From a virus (Duplodnaviria > Caudoviricetes): a stretch of 64,000 nucleotides of DNA. Positions 26,356 through 36,242 of the stretch are shown in pieces. The translations under genes were made by a program, and so were the position numbers. The stretch covers positions 1 through 64,000 of IMG/VR virus record IMGVR_UViG_3300031998_000024; one strand, 5' to 3'. The notes beneath the pieces are model-generated. The model had not been told where the DNA came from. It saw only the letters and a program-made list of their open reading frames with translations, and did no database searches. Numbering within the stretch: the first letter of the stretch is position 1; every line of letters begins with the position of its first letter.

Positions 26356-27717
26356 ATGAGTGGCATATTGATTCCTGAAATAGTAATTAGTCAAACTCTT
26401 GAAAGTATAACAAAATACATTAGGAATGATTTAACAAATGTTGTACCAGTAGATGGAGAGTATGATTATTCAAAAACATTCCTATATCGTTTATTAGGAT
26501 TGGATGACGATGGAAATCCTATAAAGTTGAATAGGTACAATTATTTTGTTCAGGCTCAAAAAGTTTTTAGCAATCCTCAAAACCTCAGTGTTAATATAGG
26601 ATACAATTTTGAGGTTGCTAAAATTATATCGTTTCACATTATCCTTCCTTCGGAACAACCATCTGCTGTACCGATTGGTGAAGATGAAGGCTATTTGACG
26701 GAAACCGATGATGATGGCAATATTCAATTAAAGTTTTGTCAAATGTTTTCGTCTAATTATCAGATTATGATAACATCTGATAATATGAGTGAGGTGAATT
26801 TAGTGTATCATATTTATAAGTCATTATTGATTGCGCTTGTTCCTCATTTGTCTTTGAAGGGTTTGATGAATCCTAAATTTTCGGGAAACGATATTGTTTT
26901 TCAAGATGACCATATGCCTATGGGTATTTTCCATAAGGTATTGAATTTGTCGTTTGATTACGAATTAGTTGTTCCACAACTGTTAATGGGAGCCGCTATT
27001 TCCGCTATACATTTTGAAGCGAATGCTGTTGAGGAATTTGACGATAGTAAACATCTTTCACCTTCAGGCGATGATAAACGGGAATATCCATATCATAGAG
27101 TTGAGCCTGGTAAGCCTATTTTATCAACGCAATTAGATTCTCAAGATGGTAGAGATTATCCGAGTAAAATCATTGAACCTGGAATTGGTATTATTGCCTC
27201 TGTAAATGAGAAAGATGATTATCCAAGTAAGATAGTTGAACCAGGTGGAAGCGTGGCAGGCGGTCAAAATAATGACTTGTATCCAAGTAAAATCGTTGAG
27301 CCTGGTAAATCTTCATTTGATGGCGGTAAGGAATTTCCGACTTCACATATGATTTATGCTATGTATAATTCAGAGTATCATACTTTGAATAATGTACGCA
27401 TAGTAGTTACGGATGGCGAAGATGTTTTGGTTGGCGGAGTTGCTGTTGAATTAAAATGCTCAACTTGTTCATATTACGGAATTACTGATGAAAACGGAAT
27501 GATTACCTTCCCAGCAATTGCTTTGAATTCATATCGCGTTACGCTTGCTAAAAGCGGATTTAATCAAGTACAACTATTTAACATTAGGTTTGATTCGTTA
27601 CTCACATATGTGGAGTATAGTATGGTAACAAAAACTATTTGGGATGGTATGCACGCTGATACTAATCCGATAATGTATGTAGATATTCATAACGGAGGAG
27701 GAGCAGCGCAAGTATAA
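26356..27717 (+). CDS. Putative tail terminator with C-terminal repeats, Ig-like domain and WDGM motif
   Basis: Directly upstream of the sheath gene; four YPxxxxEPG repeats; terminal WDGMHADTNPIMYVDIHNGGGA. Confidence 0.55.
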   Translation: MSGILIPEIVISQTLESITKYIRNDLTNVVPVDGEYDYSKTFLYRLLGLDDDGNPIKLNRYNYFVQAQKVFSNPQNLSVNIGYNFEVAKIISFHIILPSEQPSAVPIGEDEGYLTETDDDGNIQLKFCQMFSSNYQIMITSDNMSEVNLVYHIYKSLLIALVPHLSLKGLMNPKFSGNDIVFQDDHMPMGIFHKVLNLSFDYELVVPQLLMGAAISAIHFEANAVEEFDDSKHLSPSGDDKREYPYHRVEPGKPILSTQLDSQDGRDYPSKIIEPGIGIIASVNEKDDYPSKIVEPGGSVAGGQNNDLYPSKIVEPGKSSFDGGKEFPTSHMIYAMYNSEYHTLNNVRIVVTDGEDVLVGGVAVELKCSTCSYYGITDENGMITFPAIALNSYRVTLAKSGFNQVQLFNIRFDSLLTYVEYSMVTKTIWDGMHADTNPIMYVDIHNGGGAAQV

Positions 27718-27766
27718 CTCTGTAAAAGACTTTTTTACAAATTATAACAAAATAAATTTAGACAAA

Positions 27767-29419
27767 ATGGCTACAATTGTTAATTTCCATGGAAAAAATT
27801 ACATTGAACCTGGAGCGTATGCTGTGTCAACTTACAATCCAACATCAGCAGTAAATGTTGCCGAATTTGGTAACTGCATGATTATTGATACTGGTTTGTC
27901 TAAGACCGCAGATGGTTATGAGTTCTCAGGTGGTTCGGGTATTAATGGAGAATTGTACCAAGGTCTGAAGTCGGTTTATGAGTTTGACAACTATGAGGAT
28001 TTCCTTGCCTTTATAGGCGGTGGTCCAGTGGGCGATATTGCCCAAAAGTTGTTTGAACCGCGTTCTGGCTCACTTGGTATTCCTAAACTTTATTACACTC
28101 GTGCTGCCGCAACCACAGCCGCTACTATTACGCTTGAACTTGCTGCCGCAGTTGATGAAACACCTGCTCAAAATCTTATTTTGAAGTGCAAAAACGAAGG
28201 TATTACTGGCAATGGTGTACTTGCTGACGGTACGCTGAAACTTGGTTATGCTGCGAAAATCGTGGCTGGTACTGACGACACTTCTAAGTTTAAGTTGCAG
28301 ATTTATCAAGGCTCATTTATGGGTGTTGACCCTGATGGTGAGCCGTATGGTGCTAAGGATTGGTCTTCAGCTCCGCAATACCTTTTGGTTGAATCCGATG
28401 AGGTTACTACTAATCAAGAATTAGTTGATTGGTGTAAGAGTAGTAGGGCTGTTCTTTCCAACTTTGTTGTATCAACTACTGGTACTATTACTGGTAATCT
28501 TGCCGCCGTTTCTCAGGTTTTGGCTGTTGGAGGTACAACCGATTACACATCTGCTACTGCTTATGCTAATGCTCTTGAAGCGGTTACTGAGTTGGACATC
28601 ACCTTCTTCTTATGCTGCAACACTACAGTCGCTGGCGGTACTGATGCTTCAACGAATGGTAAGTTGTTTACTTTCTTGAAGAACACCGCTAAGTTTACCG
28701 AGTTTATGGTTGTTCCTGGTGGTTCTGGAAGTGATGACCTTCTTAATACCAGTCAGGTTACAACTGGTACATCGCAAGCAATTGCTAAGTATTACGATTC
28801 AGAGCAAGTCGTTGTTGTTCATGGAGCGCCAGTTGTTTCTCGCAAGGATGGTAACGGCACTAAGACTTTGTCTTCAATCTATCTTGCTGCAACTGTTATC
28901 GGTTTGATTGCTGGTAAGGCTCCGCAAACACCGCTTACTTTCAAACGCACTGGTTACGACAATTTCAAGTACGATTTGAAGCAGAAGCAGCGTGAAAAGG
29001 CTTTGCAGGCTGGTATCATGCATGTTCGTAATATTAATGGTTATTGGTGCATCAACCAAGGTATAACAACGCTACAAGATAATAAGCAGACTTATGCTCA
29101 GGATGGTCAATCAATGGAGTTGTCGATTGCTTTGATTAAGGCTCAACTTAATAAAGAGCTGATTATTGATGCAAGTACGCGATTTGTTGGAGACAATGTG
29201 GGTAGAATTTCGCCTGAGGATGTAAAGAATTTTGTTGAAGCAAAATTGCAGAGTATGACGGTTGCTGGTAATGAGGATAATCTTATCATCAACTGGAAAA
29301 ATGTTAAGGTTGCTGCTAAAAATAGCGATTTCTTTACTACTTATGATTTTGTTCCTAATGTTCCTTTGAACAAGTTGTTCTTCACTGGTAATGTACTTGA
29401 TTTTTCATCCGTTGTTTAA
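27767..29419 (+). CDS. Tail sheath protein
   Basis: YIEPGAY start, PQTPLTFK, INQGITTLQ, YDFVPNVPLNKLFFTG C-terminus; size. Confidence 0.88.
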   Translation: MATIVNFHGKNYIEPGAYAVSTYNPTSAVNVAEFGNCMIIDTGLSKTADGYEFSGGSGINGELYQGLKSVYEFDNYEDFLAFIGGGPVGDIAQKLFEPRSGSLGIPKLYYTRAAATTAATITLELAAAVDETPAQNLILKCKNEGITGNGVLADGTLKLGYAAKIVAGTDDTSKFKLQIYQGSFMGVDPDGEPYGAKDWSSAPQYLLVESDEVTTNQELVDWCKSSRAVLSNFVVSTTGTITGNLAAVSQVLAVGGTTDYTSATAYANALEAVTELDITFFLCCNTTVAGGTDASTNGKLFTFLKNTAKFTEFMVVPGGSGSDDLLNTSQVTTGTSQAIAKYYDSEQVVVVHGAPVVSRKDGNGTKTLSSIYLAATVIGLIAGKAPQTPLTFKRTGYDNFKYDLKQKQREKALQAGIMHVRNINGYWCINQGITTLQDNKQTYAQDGQSMELSIALIKAQLNKELIIDASTRFVGDNVGRISPEDVKNFVEAKLQSMTVAGNEDNLIINWKNVKVAAKNSDFFTTYDFVPNVPLNKLFFTGNVLDFSSVV

Positions 29420-29441
29420 CATAAAATAGGAGAGTGAACAT

Positions 29442-29945
29442 ATGGCACAAAATACTAAGACGATGACCGCACCGCTTGCTATTATCAAAATCAATAGCAT
29501 TGCCGTTGGTAAGATGAAAAATGTCCGCGTTACTGAACAAATCAGGCGTGGTCGTGTTAGTGGTCTTGGCAGATTGAATCCGTCTGAATTGCCTGCCTTG
29601 GAATGGAGTGGTTCGTTGAGTTGTAGTTCTTATACTATCAATTTCAACCTGCTTGCTAACTACATCAAGAAGGGTACATTTAGAAATGCTGGCACTGTTG
29701 ACGCTTGGGCTAACGCTATCTTGCTTCAGGAGGATGGTCTTGAAATAGCAATCCTTCGTAAGGTTAAGGATGGTGAAATTGACCCAGACACAGGTTTGGT
29801 TCAGTCCAAATACGAAACATTTGCTACAGTCAATGGAGCATTTGCTAATCGTGAAGGATTCGATATTCAGGAAGGTCAAATTTCAGGGCGCGATACTGAA
29901 TTTGAATATACTGAGCCGATTCTGTTCAACGGAGTCACTGAATAA
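29442..29945 (+). CDS. Tail tube protein
   Basis: Follows the sheath; VGKMKNV...VSGLGRLNPSELP motif; 167 aa. Confidence 0.8.
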   Translation: MAQNTKTMTAPLAIIKINSIAVGKMKNVRVTEQIRRGRVSGLGRLNPSELPALEWSGSLSCSSYTINFNLLANYIKKGTFRNAGTVDAWANAILLQEDGLEIAILRKVKDGEIDPDTGLVQSKYETFATVNGAFANREGFDIQEGQISGRDTEFEYTEPILFNGVTE

Positions 29946-29972
29946 GGATAACATCCATTTCAGTTATAAGTT

Positions 29973-30002
29973 AAGCGTATTGGGAAAATCCCGATACGTT
30001 TA
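29973..30002 (+). terminator. Hairpin after the tube gene
   Basis: aagcgtattggga-aaa-tcccgatacgttt. Confidence 0.5.
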
Positions 30003-30029
30003 ATTGTTTAATATTAAATGTAAATCAAA

Positions 30030-30413
30030 ATGGACAAGTGTAAAAAATTCAAAATCGGAAACAAGGAATTTACTGCTAAATTCCCGAAAGTTGGTCAAAT
30101 CATCGACATGGATGCTATGAAGCAAGCGATTAGTGGAAACAGTTATGGTTCTATGGTTGCAAGCGGATTAGCAAGTGCTTATTATGCGCTTGATTTAATT
30201 GATGCTATTACTTTTTATCAGGTTGTAACTCCTGAGGTTGGTCGTTATTACAATATAAACAATTTTGCAGATTTAGAGTTGGAGGAAATTCAAGATTTGC
30301 TTAATGCTTATAAGGAACAGATTCAACCTTGGTATGTTGAAACTATGAACGAGATTAAGGGTTTAGCAAAACAGTCGATTGATGAAGCCAAATCTGTTGA
30401 GGGAGAAGGTTGA
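30030..30413 (+). CDS. Tail assembly chaperone
   Basis: Between tube and tape measure genes. Confidence 0.65.
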   Translation: MDKCKKFKIGNKEFTAKFPKVGQIIDMDAMKQAISGNSYGSMVASGLASAYYALDLIDAITFYQVVTPEVGRYYNINNFADLELEEIQDLLNAYKEQIQPWYVETMNEIKGLAKQSIDEAKSVEGEG

Positions 30414-30711
30414 GCCAAAAGAAGACATTGATAATTTTATCTTCAATTGGCATAACTTTCCACTTGACTTTTGGTGGAGAAAAAAATACAATATTCCTTT
30501 TGGTTCTCAACAACACAGGGAAATGGATTTCATTGATATGTTAATTGAGTACCGAGAGGAAATTGTTGTAAATAGATTTAAGAATGAAGCGAAATTAGAA
30601 CAAGATGAACAAGATAATCGTGAAATTGCAGATTTGAATAAAGAGGTGGTTCATCTTTCAAAGGAACAGATTGATGATGATTATGATAGTCTTGATTTAT
30701 CTAAGTTCTGA
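30382..30711 (+). CDS. Tail assembly chaperone 2
   Basis: Overlaps the previous gene in the +1 frame; precedes the tape measure gene. Confidence 0.6.
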   Translation: MKPNLLREKVEPKEDIDNFIFNWHNFPLDFWWRKKYNIPFGSQQHREMDFIDMLIEYREEIVVNRFKNEAKLEQDEQDNREIADLNKEVVHLSKEQIDDDYDSLDLSKF

Positions 30712-30732
30712 TATTTGAAAAAGAAATAAAGT

Positions 30733-33084
30733 ATGCCTATAACTATCAATGTAAACGGAGTACCTGCTGGGGGTGGTCAAAATCCTACACCACCTCAGCA
30801 GCCTACACCGCCACAACAACCTTTGCAGCCGCAGCAACATGTGCCTCCGAGCAATCCGCAATGGGCACCTGCGCCAAATCCAACTCCAGGTGTTACAACT
30901 TATCAGTCGCCTGATTGGAATCAATATACATCAAATAGAGTGGGTGGAATCAATACACCTATTCCTACCAGCGACACTATGGTTGCTGATATGCGTAAAG
31001 AAATGTCTTCAAGGGGTGTATTCTTAATCCCTGGTTCAAGTAATTTCTCTACAATGATGAATACGCTGAAACAAAATCAGCGTCAAAGTGTATTAGGGCC
31101 AATCGAAAGTCAATATCAAATGAGTATGGCTGATATTGATAGAAGAAGGGATTGGCTTTATGGTGATATTGAAGAGAGGTTAAAGCGTGCTCAAGATATT
31201 GAATTAAGTGCCGCAACCAGTCCTATGGAAGAAGATAGGATAAACAAGCGGTACAAAAATTTGCGTCAAAAGGAATTAGGCAGAGCAGAACATCTTTTTG
31301 ACACAGAATACGCTGCTGTTGAATCATCTTATCAAAGTAGGTCTGCTGAGGCTGAACAAAGACTTACTGAAGCGTTGCAAAGACTTACTGAGGAATTAAG
31401 TCAAGGCAATAAGGATTCATATTTGAATCAAATGCGTGACAAGTATCGTTCAGCAATTTGGCGTCGCGACAATGCCGCTACTGAAGAAGAAATGCGTGAG
31501 GCTAATAGGGAAGCAAGTAAGATTCAGGAGCGTATGCAAAGGTCAATGAATTTAGGAATGTCTCCAGTTGCTTCAAGATTTTTAGGAGCTGTTGGAACAA
31601 GCGTTGGTGTTCTTGCAAATACCGCTATACAATCAGCAATGCTATCAGACCAAATGAATTGGGGATTAGGATTAGAGCAGGCTGGTTCTGTTTTAAGCGG
31701 AAATGCTTTTCAAGCAATTAGACAAAGAAATGCTTATGAAAATCAACAAACATCATTGCGTTGGGGTGCTGGTGGAGCAGTAGGTGGAGCGTTAGCTGGC
31801 GCTGTTATAGGTTCATTTGTTCCTGTTATTGGAACAATTGTTGGAGGCATTATTGGCGGTTTAATTGGTGGTGCTGGAGGTACTGCTGGTGCTTACTATT
31901 TGGGTGGAAATAGAGAGCGTTTGCGTGAAGATAAAAGAGTTCAAGCAGCAGACCTTTGGCGTCAAGAAGAACAAAGGATTGCTCAATATAATGACCTCAT
32001 TATGATGACTCGTTTTAATACTAACGATTCTGGTCCAAGAACAACAAGTATTGAAGCAATGAGAAATCAATTTATAGGAATGGGTGGATTGTACATAGAT
32101 GGTTTTAATGCAGATTCAGAAGGGTTAAATCTTTATAATTTAGGATACACTGGAGCGGAATTTGCTCAGCAAGCAGCGAGAAGGATTAAACAGCGTGGGT
32201 TTGCTCGTAATGGAGATATGTATAAAAACGCTTTATATGCTGATGCTCTTGAGAGGATTTTATCATTAAACGGAGGTGCGTTAGGTGAATTAAGTCGTTA
32301 CGATAGATTTGGTAGAAATGAAGCAAATCAAGATTTTGCTAATTTAGCGTTTACTCTTGCTGGAATGGGTACCATTGGAATGCGTGAAGGCGGTTTTTGG
32401 CGTTCTGATGAGTATTTAGGATATATGACTCAATTAACAGGTTCTCAGCGTTCAACATTTTTAACAACCGATAATGCAAGGGCTGGTCGTCAAATAGCAA
32501 CTGGTCAATCTATTTTTGGAGATAGATTTGGTCAGGAAGCGATACAAGGTATTCAAGCGATAAATCAACAGGTTCAAAATCCTGGCGGTGGATTTGCAAA
32601 AACTCTTTTATATGATGTAATTCAAGAATTACATCCAGATGCTCGTGGTGATATTGCTAAAATAAAGAAATATCAGTATTCCGATGAACCTGGTGTTCAA
32701 GATGAAATACAACAAGCGTTTGCTAAAAGAGTTGCTTCAATTTATGGCGATGAGACCACAACTTCAGGATTTCTTGCATTTCAAGAAATTTATGGAATAG
32801 AGAATCCAAATGTTCTTAATCCATTAGTTGGTCAAATGGTACGCGGAGGAGGTCTTGAAGCAAAAGGGTTGCAAACAGCTAATGTAGAACAACTTGTTCA
32901 AGAATTAAAAAATAGTTACACACCCAAAGTATCAGAACAATTGAATATTGCATCTGACCAAGAAATGCAAAGAATATATAATGAAAGAGAAGACCTTTCA
33001 AAAATTGCTTCTAATTTATATAATCTTTTGAAAGACGATATTTCTATAACATTAAGGGGTGCATTAGAAGTTTTGAAAAAGTAA
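30733..33084 (+). CDS. Tape measure protein
   Basis: Helical, Ala/Gln/Gly-rich, glycine-zipper TM segment GAGGAVGGALAGAVIGSFVPVIGTIVGGIIGG; synteny. Confidence 0.75.
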   Translation: MPITINVNGVPAGGGQNPTPPQQPTPPQQPLQPQQHVPPSNPQWAPAPNPTPGVTTYQSPDWNQYTSNRVGGINTPIPTSDTMVADMRKEMSSRGVFLIPGSSNFSTMMNTLKQNQRQSVLGPIESQYQMSMADIDRRRDWLYGDIEERLKRAQDIELSAATSPMEEDRINKRYKNLRQKELGRAEHLFDTEYAAVESSYQSRSAEAEQRLTEALQRLTEELSQGNKDSYLNQMRDKYRSAIWRRDNAATEEEMREANREASKIQERMQRSMNLGMSPVASRFLGAVGTSVGVLANTAIQSAMLSDQMNWGLGLEQAGSVLSGNAFQAIRQRNAYENQQTSLRWGAGGAVGGALAGAVIGSFVPVIGTIVGGIIGGLIGGAGGTAGAYYLGGNRERLREDKRVQAADLWRQEEQRIAQYNDLIMMTRFNTNDSGPRTTSIEAMRNQFIGMGGLYIDGFNADSEGLNLYNLGYTGAEFAQQAARRIKQRGFARNGDMYKNALYADALERILSLNGGALGELSRYDRFGRNEANQDFANLAFTLAGMGTIGMREGGFWRSDEYLGYMTQLTGSQRSTFLTTDNARAGRQIATGQSIFGDRFGQEAIQGIQAINQQVQNPGGGFAKTLLYDVIQELHPDARGDIAKIKKYQYSDEPGVQDEIQQAFAKRVASIYGDETTTSGFLAFQEIYGIENPNVLNPLVGQMVRGGGLEAKGLQTANVEQLVQELKNSYTPKVSEQLNIASDQEMQRIYNEREDLSKIASNLYNLLKDDISITLRGALEVLKK

Positions 33085-33085
33085 T

Positions 33086-34378
33086 ATGGAAACATTCAAA
33101 CTGTATCATAATAATCCTAATATAAAGACACTAAGTGAGTTTTGTGAAAAACAAAGGATTTTTTTTGATGACGAAAATTCTCAAGTTGCTGATAAATACA
33201 CTCTTCAGAATTTCTTTGATGATAATAAGCAAAGAATTTTTGAACAGATGGGTATGGTTGAAAGAATCAATTACATTAAAGATAATAATTTGAATAAAAA
33301 GGTTGTTGATTTAGAGCCTGATGATTTGAATATTGATATGACCATACCTTGTCCGATGACTTTGGTTATTCCTAAGCGTTTGGTTACATACACGCTATCT
33401 GTAAAACATAGTACATTTCAAGAACAAGTTTCCGATATTGCGGCATTTGAAGATGCTCATATAAAGAGTGTTTTCAATGAGGATGATTTGAAATTTCTAT
33501 TCGATTACAGAAAAGAAAAGGCTGAGTGTAGTGTAATAGGATTCTTTAAGACAATATATTACAATAAGGTTGAAACTTCATATCGTAACGGATTATATGA
33601 TTCAACTCCTAAATTCAAATCAAATTTCATAGATATATCAAAATTCGTTTATTCATTAACAACAAGCGTTAGTGCTCAAGGAGGTTCTTTTAGTTTTTCG
33701 TTGCCTCATATTCCTATGTATCATAATAAATGGGAATATGATAAAGACATCAATAGCGATATTCTTCTTGATAATAGCGATTTCAATGTTTTTAGTGCAT
33801 CAGATGAACAATATCCTGTTGTTAAATCTTCATTAAAAACAATGGATTATTTCAATTGGTTAATATCGCCAAATGATTTGATTCTTTTGTCATTTGATAA
33901 AATATCTGAAGAGAGTGTAACGGATGATATGATTGGCAGAAATTCATTTGATATGATTGGGTTGGTTGAAAGTGTAAATGTTACAAGAGATTCTCAAGGT
34001 AATGTAACAGTTCAGGTTACTGGTAAAGATTTAATGAAACTTTTAACAGATGACTGTTCTATATTTTTCCCGAATGCTACTGCTGTTAATCAAGGTAATT
34101 TCTTTGATAATACAGAAGGTGCTTTGAATAATGGCGATATAGGTGGCGTCATTTATGTAAACGGCGAAATAGTTAATGATGATGATATGTTAAGAATGCC
34201 GTGTACACATTCTATTAGATTATTTATGGAAGAGTGTAATGGTTTTACGATAGATTATATTTTGAAGGTGGTTATTAGTGAATTAGCCAATATTCAAATT
34301 TGTCCTTCAGAAATATTTTCATCTTGGTTTGATAGAACAACATTCAATTATTTGAAACCTAAACAAGAAAATAGTTAA
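33086..34378 (+). CDS. Baseplate hub protein, N-terminal part
   Basis: GGSFSFSLP, ISPNDLI, MIGLVESV, VTGKDLMKLL motifs of hub/gp27-like proteins. Confidence 0.55.
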   Translation: METFKLYHNNPNIKTLSEFCEKQRIFFDDENSQVADKYTLQNFFDDNKQRIFEQMGMVERINYIKDNNLNKKVVDLEPDDLNIDMTIPCPMTLVIPKRLVTYTLSVKHSTFQEQVSDIAAFEDAHIKSVFNEDDLKFLFDYRKEKAECSVIGFFKTIYYNKVETSYRNGLYDSTPKFKSNFIDISKFVYSLTTSVSAQGGSFSFSLPHIPMYHNKWEYDKDINSDILLDNSDFNVFSASDEQYPVVKSSLKTMDYFNWLISPNDLILLSFDKISEESVTDDMIGRNSFDMIGLVESVNVTRDSQGNVTVQVTGKDLMKLLTDDCSIFFPNATAVNQGNFFDNTEGALNNGDIGGVIYVNGEIVNDDDMLRMPCTHSIRLFMEECNGFTIDYILKVVISELANIQICPSEIFSSWFDRTTFNYLKPKQENS

Positions 34379-34380
34379 GT

Positions 34381-36240
34381 ATGAAAACACCGATTATAAA
34401 AAGAGGTTGGTTAGGTGGATTAAATACATTACCTATAAGTTCACCATTTGGACCAAGAAAACAGCCAACCGCTGGTGCGTCAACTAATCATAAGGGAATA
34501 GATATAGCGGTTGGTGTTGGTACATCAATCAAGGCTCCATTTTCGGGTACGCTAATTTGTAAGGGGGTTGATAGCGGTGGTGGATTGTATTGTGTATTAC
34601 GCAGCGGAAATCTTGAATTAAGATTTATGCATTTGTCTCAATGTATATTAGGAGCATCTGCTGGAGCAACTACCGCTGTTGTTGAAGGTACTGTTATAGG
34701 AAAAACTGGAGGTAAGAAGGGTGATAAATATGCTGGTGTTTCAACTGGTCCACATCTTCATTTTGAATATCGTTGGAGTGAAAGTAGGAATTGGAGTTAT
34801 AAAGACGCTTTGAATCCTGCTCGTTTTCTTGCCGATAAACTTGTTAGCAAAAGTGGTAATATTATATCAAACGGATTACCTACTCAATTTGACAAAGTAA
34901 CTGGAGAAGAAATAAGTTATGAAGTTGGCGATACGAGGCCAATGATAATGACGACTTATTCAGTAGCAGAGGCAGTTCAGGATGAGCAATTCAATTCTGC
35001 TTACGAAACGGATGATGATGCTACAGAGGAATATATTGATGACCAACAGCAGGAAATGGATGCCAATGAAGAATATGCTAAGGGTATTTGGCAAATTATT
35101 AAACTTGCTGTTGATGGTAGTGTCGCAGATTTGACTTTATACGATGCTACTGTTTCCACGCAAACTGGTGCTATGATAGGATTTTTTAATAAGGCTTGTC
35201 AGCAACCGCTTGCAGAATTTTCAGGAGATACATTTGGCGATAAATATTTCTTTTTGATTCGCAGACCTCCTTTTGATAGAACAGGAATGTTAAAGGCTTT
35301 AAGTTCTCAAAGATTACTTGACACCGATTTGAATGGATTAGAATCTGAATTAAATGAAATGAAAGATTTTTCTATTAAAATGCAAAATAGTGAAGAATTA
35401 TCGAATAATCAAGATTATTTGAGAAAACTTGAGCGTTGGCGTACTGAATACGGGTTTGGTGATAAATACTTAACAAGAATGAATATCATAGAGAATATAA
35501 TTCCAGATATTCAAAAAAGTCGTGGTATTTATACAATTTTAAGTAATGAAATAGTTAATTCAGACATAAATTTCAATAATCAAAACATATATTCTTGGTA
35601 TCAGTATTATCCTCAATTTGAATGTCCTGGTGATGATATGGAATACATGGTTCCAGCCGTATTTTTTCCTGAATACGCGGCAATTTGGGGTAGTAAGTCT
35701 TTACAACTTCAAAGTCAATATCGTTCAATGCGTGGTAACGGATTTCGTGATGATGTTCAAAATAATGTTTCTAATGAGGTTGCTGATAAAACTTGTTTAT
35801 CTGTTCTTGATGATTTGAAATACATAATTGAAAGTAATGCGTATGCTCCATTTGTTCGTCAAGGTACGCTTACTATAAAGGGTTCAAGACGAATTAAAAG
35901 AGGTACATTTATTCAAGTACAAATTGAAGCGGGTGTTGATGAAATTTTTTATGTAGAATCAGTTAGTCAAAATTATGATTTGAACGGAAATCAGGTTTCA
36001 AGAACAACAACATTGCAATTATCTCACGGAATGGTTAAAAAGTTCGTTGAAAGTTCTAATAAAAAGAATGCTGAAGTATCGTATTTCAACATCATTGATT
36101 TTACTGGTTATGCTAAAAATCGTTCAAGCGTAAATATAACCAATTGGCGTGATGCTATATCAAAATGGAAGGTTAATAGAAATATTTTCAAATTTTTCTT
36201 GCGTCGTCAACAATTTATTTTACCAAATTACGATAAATAA
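34381..36240 (+). CDS. M23 peptidase fused to baseplate hub C-terminal part
   Basis: HKGIDI, FMHLS, STGPHLHFE (M23); later RRPPFD, GTLTIKG..RIKRG, FYVESVSQ, TTLQLSHG hub motifs. Confidence 0.8.
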   Translation: MKTPIIKRGWLGGLNTLPISSPFGPRKQPTAGASTNHKGIDIAVGVGTSIKAPFSGTLICKGVDSGGGLYCVLRSGNLELRFMHLSQCILGASAGATTAVVEGTVIGKTGGKKGDKYAGVSTGPHLHFEYRWSESRNWSYKDALNPARFLADKLVSKSGNIISNGLPTQFDKVTGEEISYEVGDTRPMIMTTYSVAEAVQDEQFNSAYETDDDATEEYIDDQQQEMDANEEYAKGIWQIIKLAVDGSVADLTLYDATVSTQTGAMIGFFNKACQQPLAEFSGDTFGDKYFFLIRRPPFDRTGMLKALSSQRLLDTDLNGLESELNEMKDFSIKMQNSEELSNNQDYLRKLERWRTEYGFGDKYLTRMNIIENIIPDIQKSRGIYTILSNEIVNSDINFNNQNIYSWYQYYPQFECPGDDMEYMVPAVFFPEYAAIWGSKSLQLQSQYRSMRGNGFRDDVQNNVSNEVADKTCLSVLDDLKYIIESNAYAPFVRQGTLTIKGSRRIKRGTFIQVQIEAGVDEIFYVESVSQNYDLNGNQVSRTTTLQLSHGMVKKFVESSNKKNAEVSYFNIIDFTGYAKNRSSVNITNWRDAISKWKVNRNIFKFFLRRQQFILPNYDK

Positions 36241-36242
36241 TC

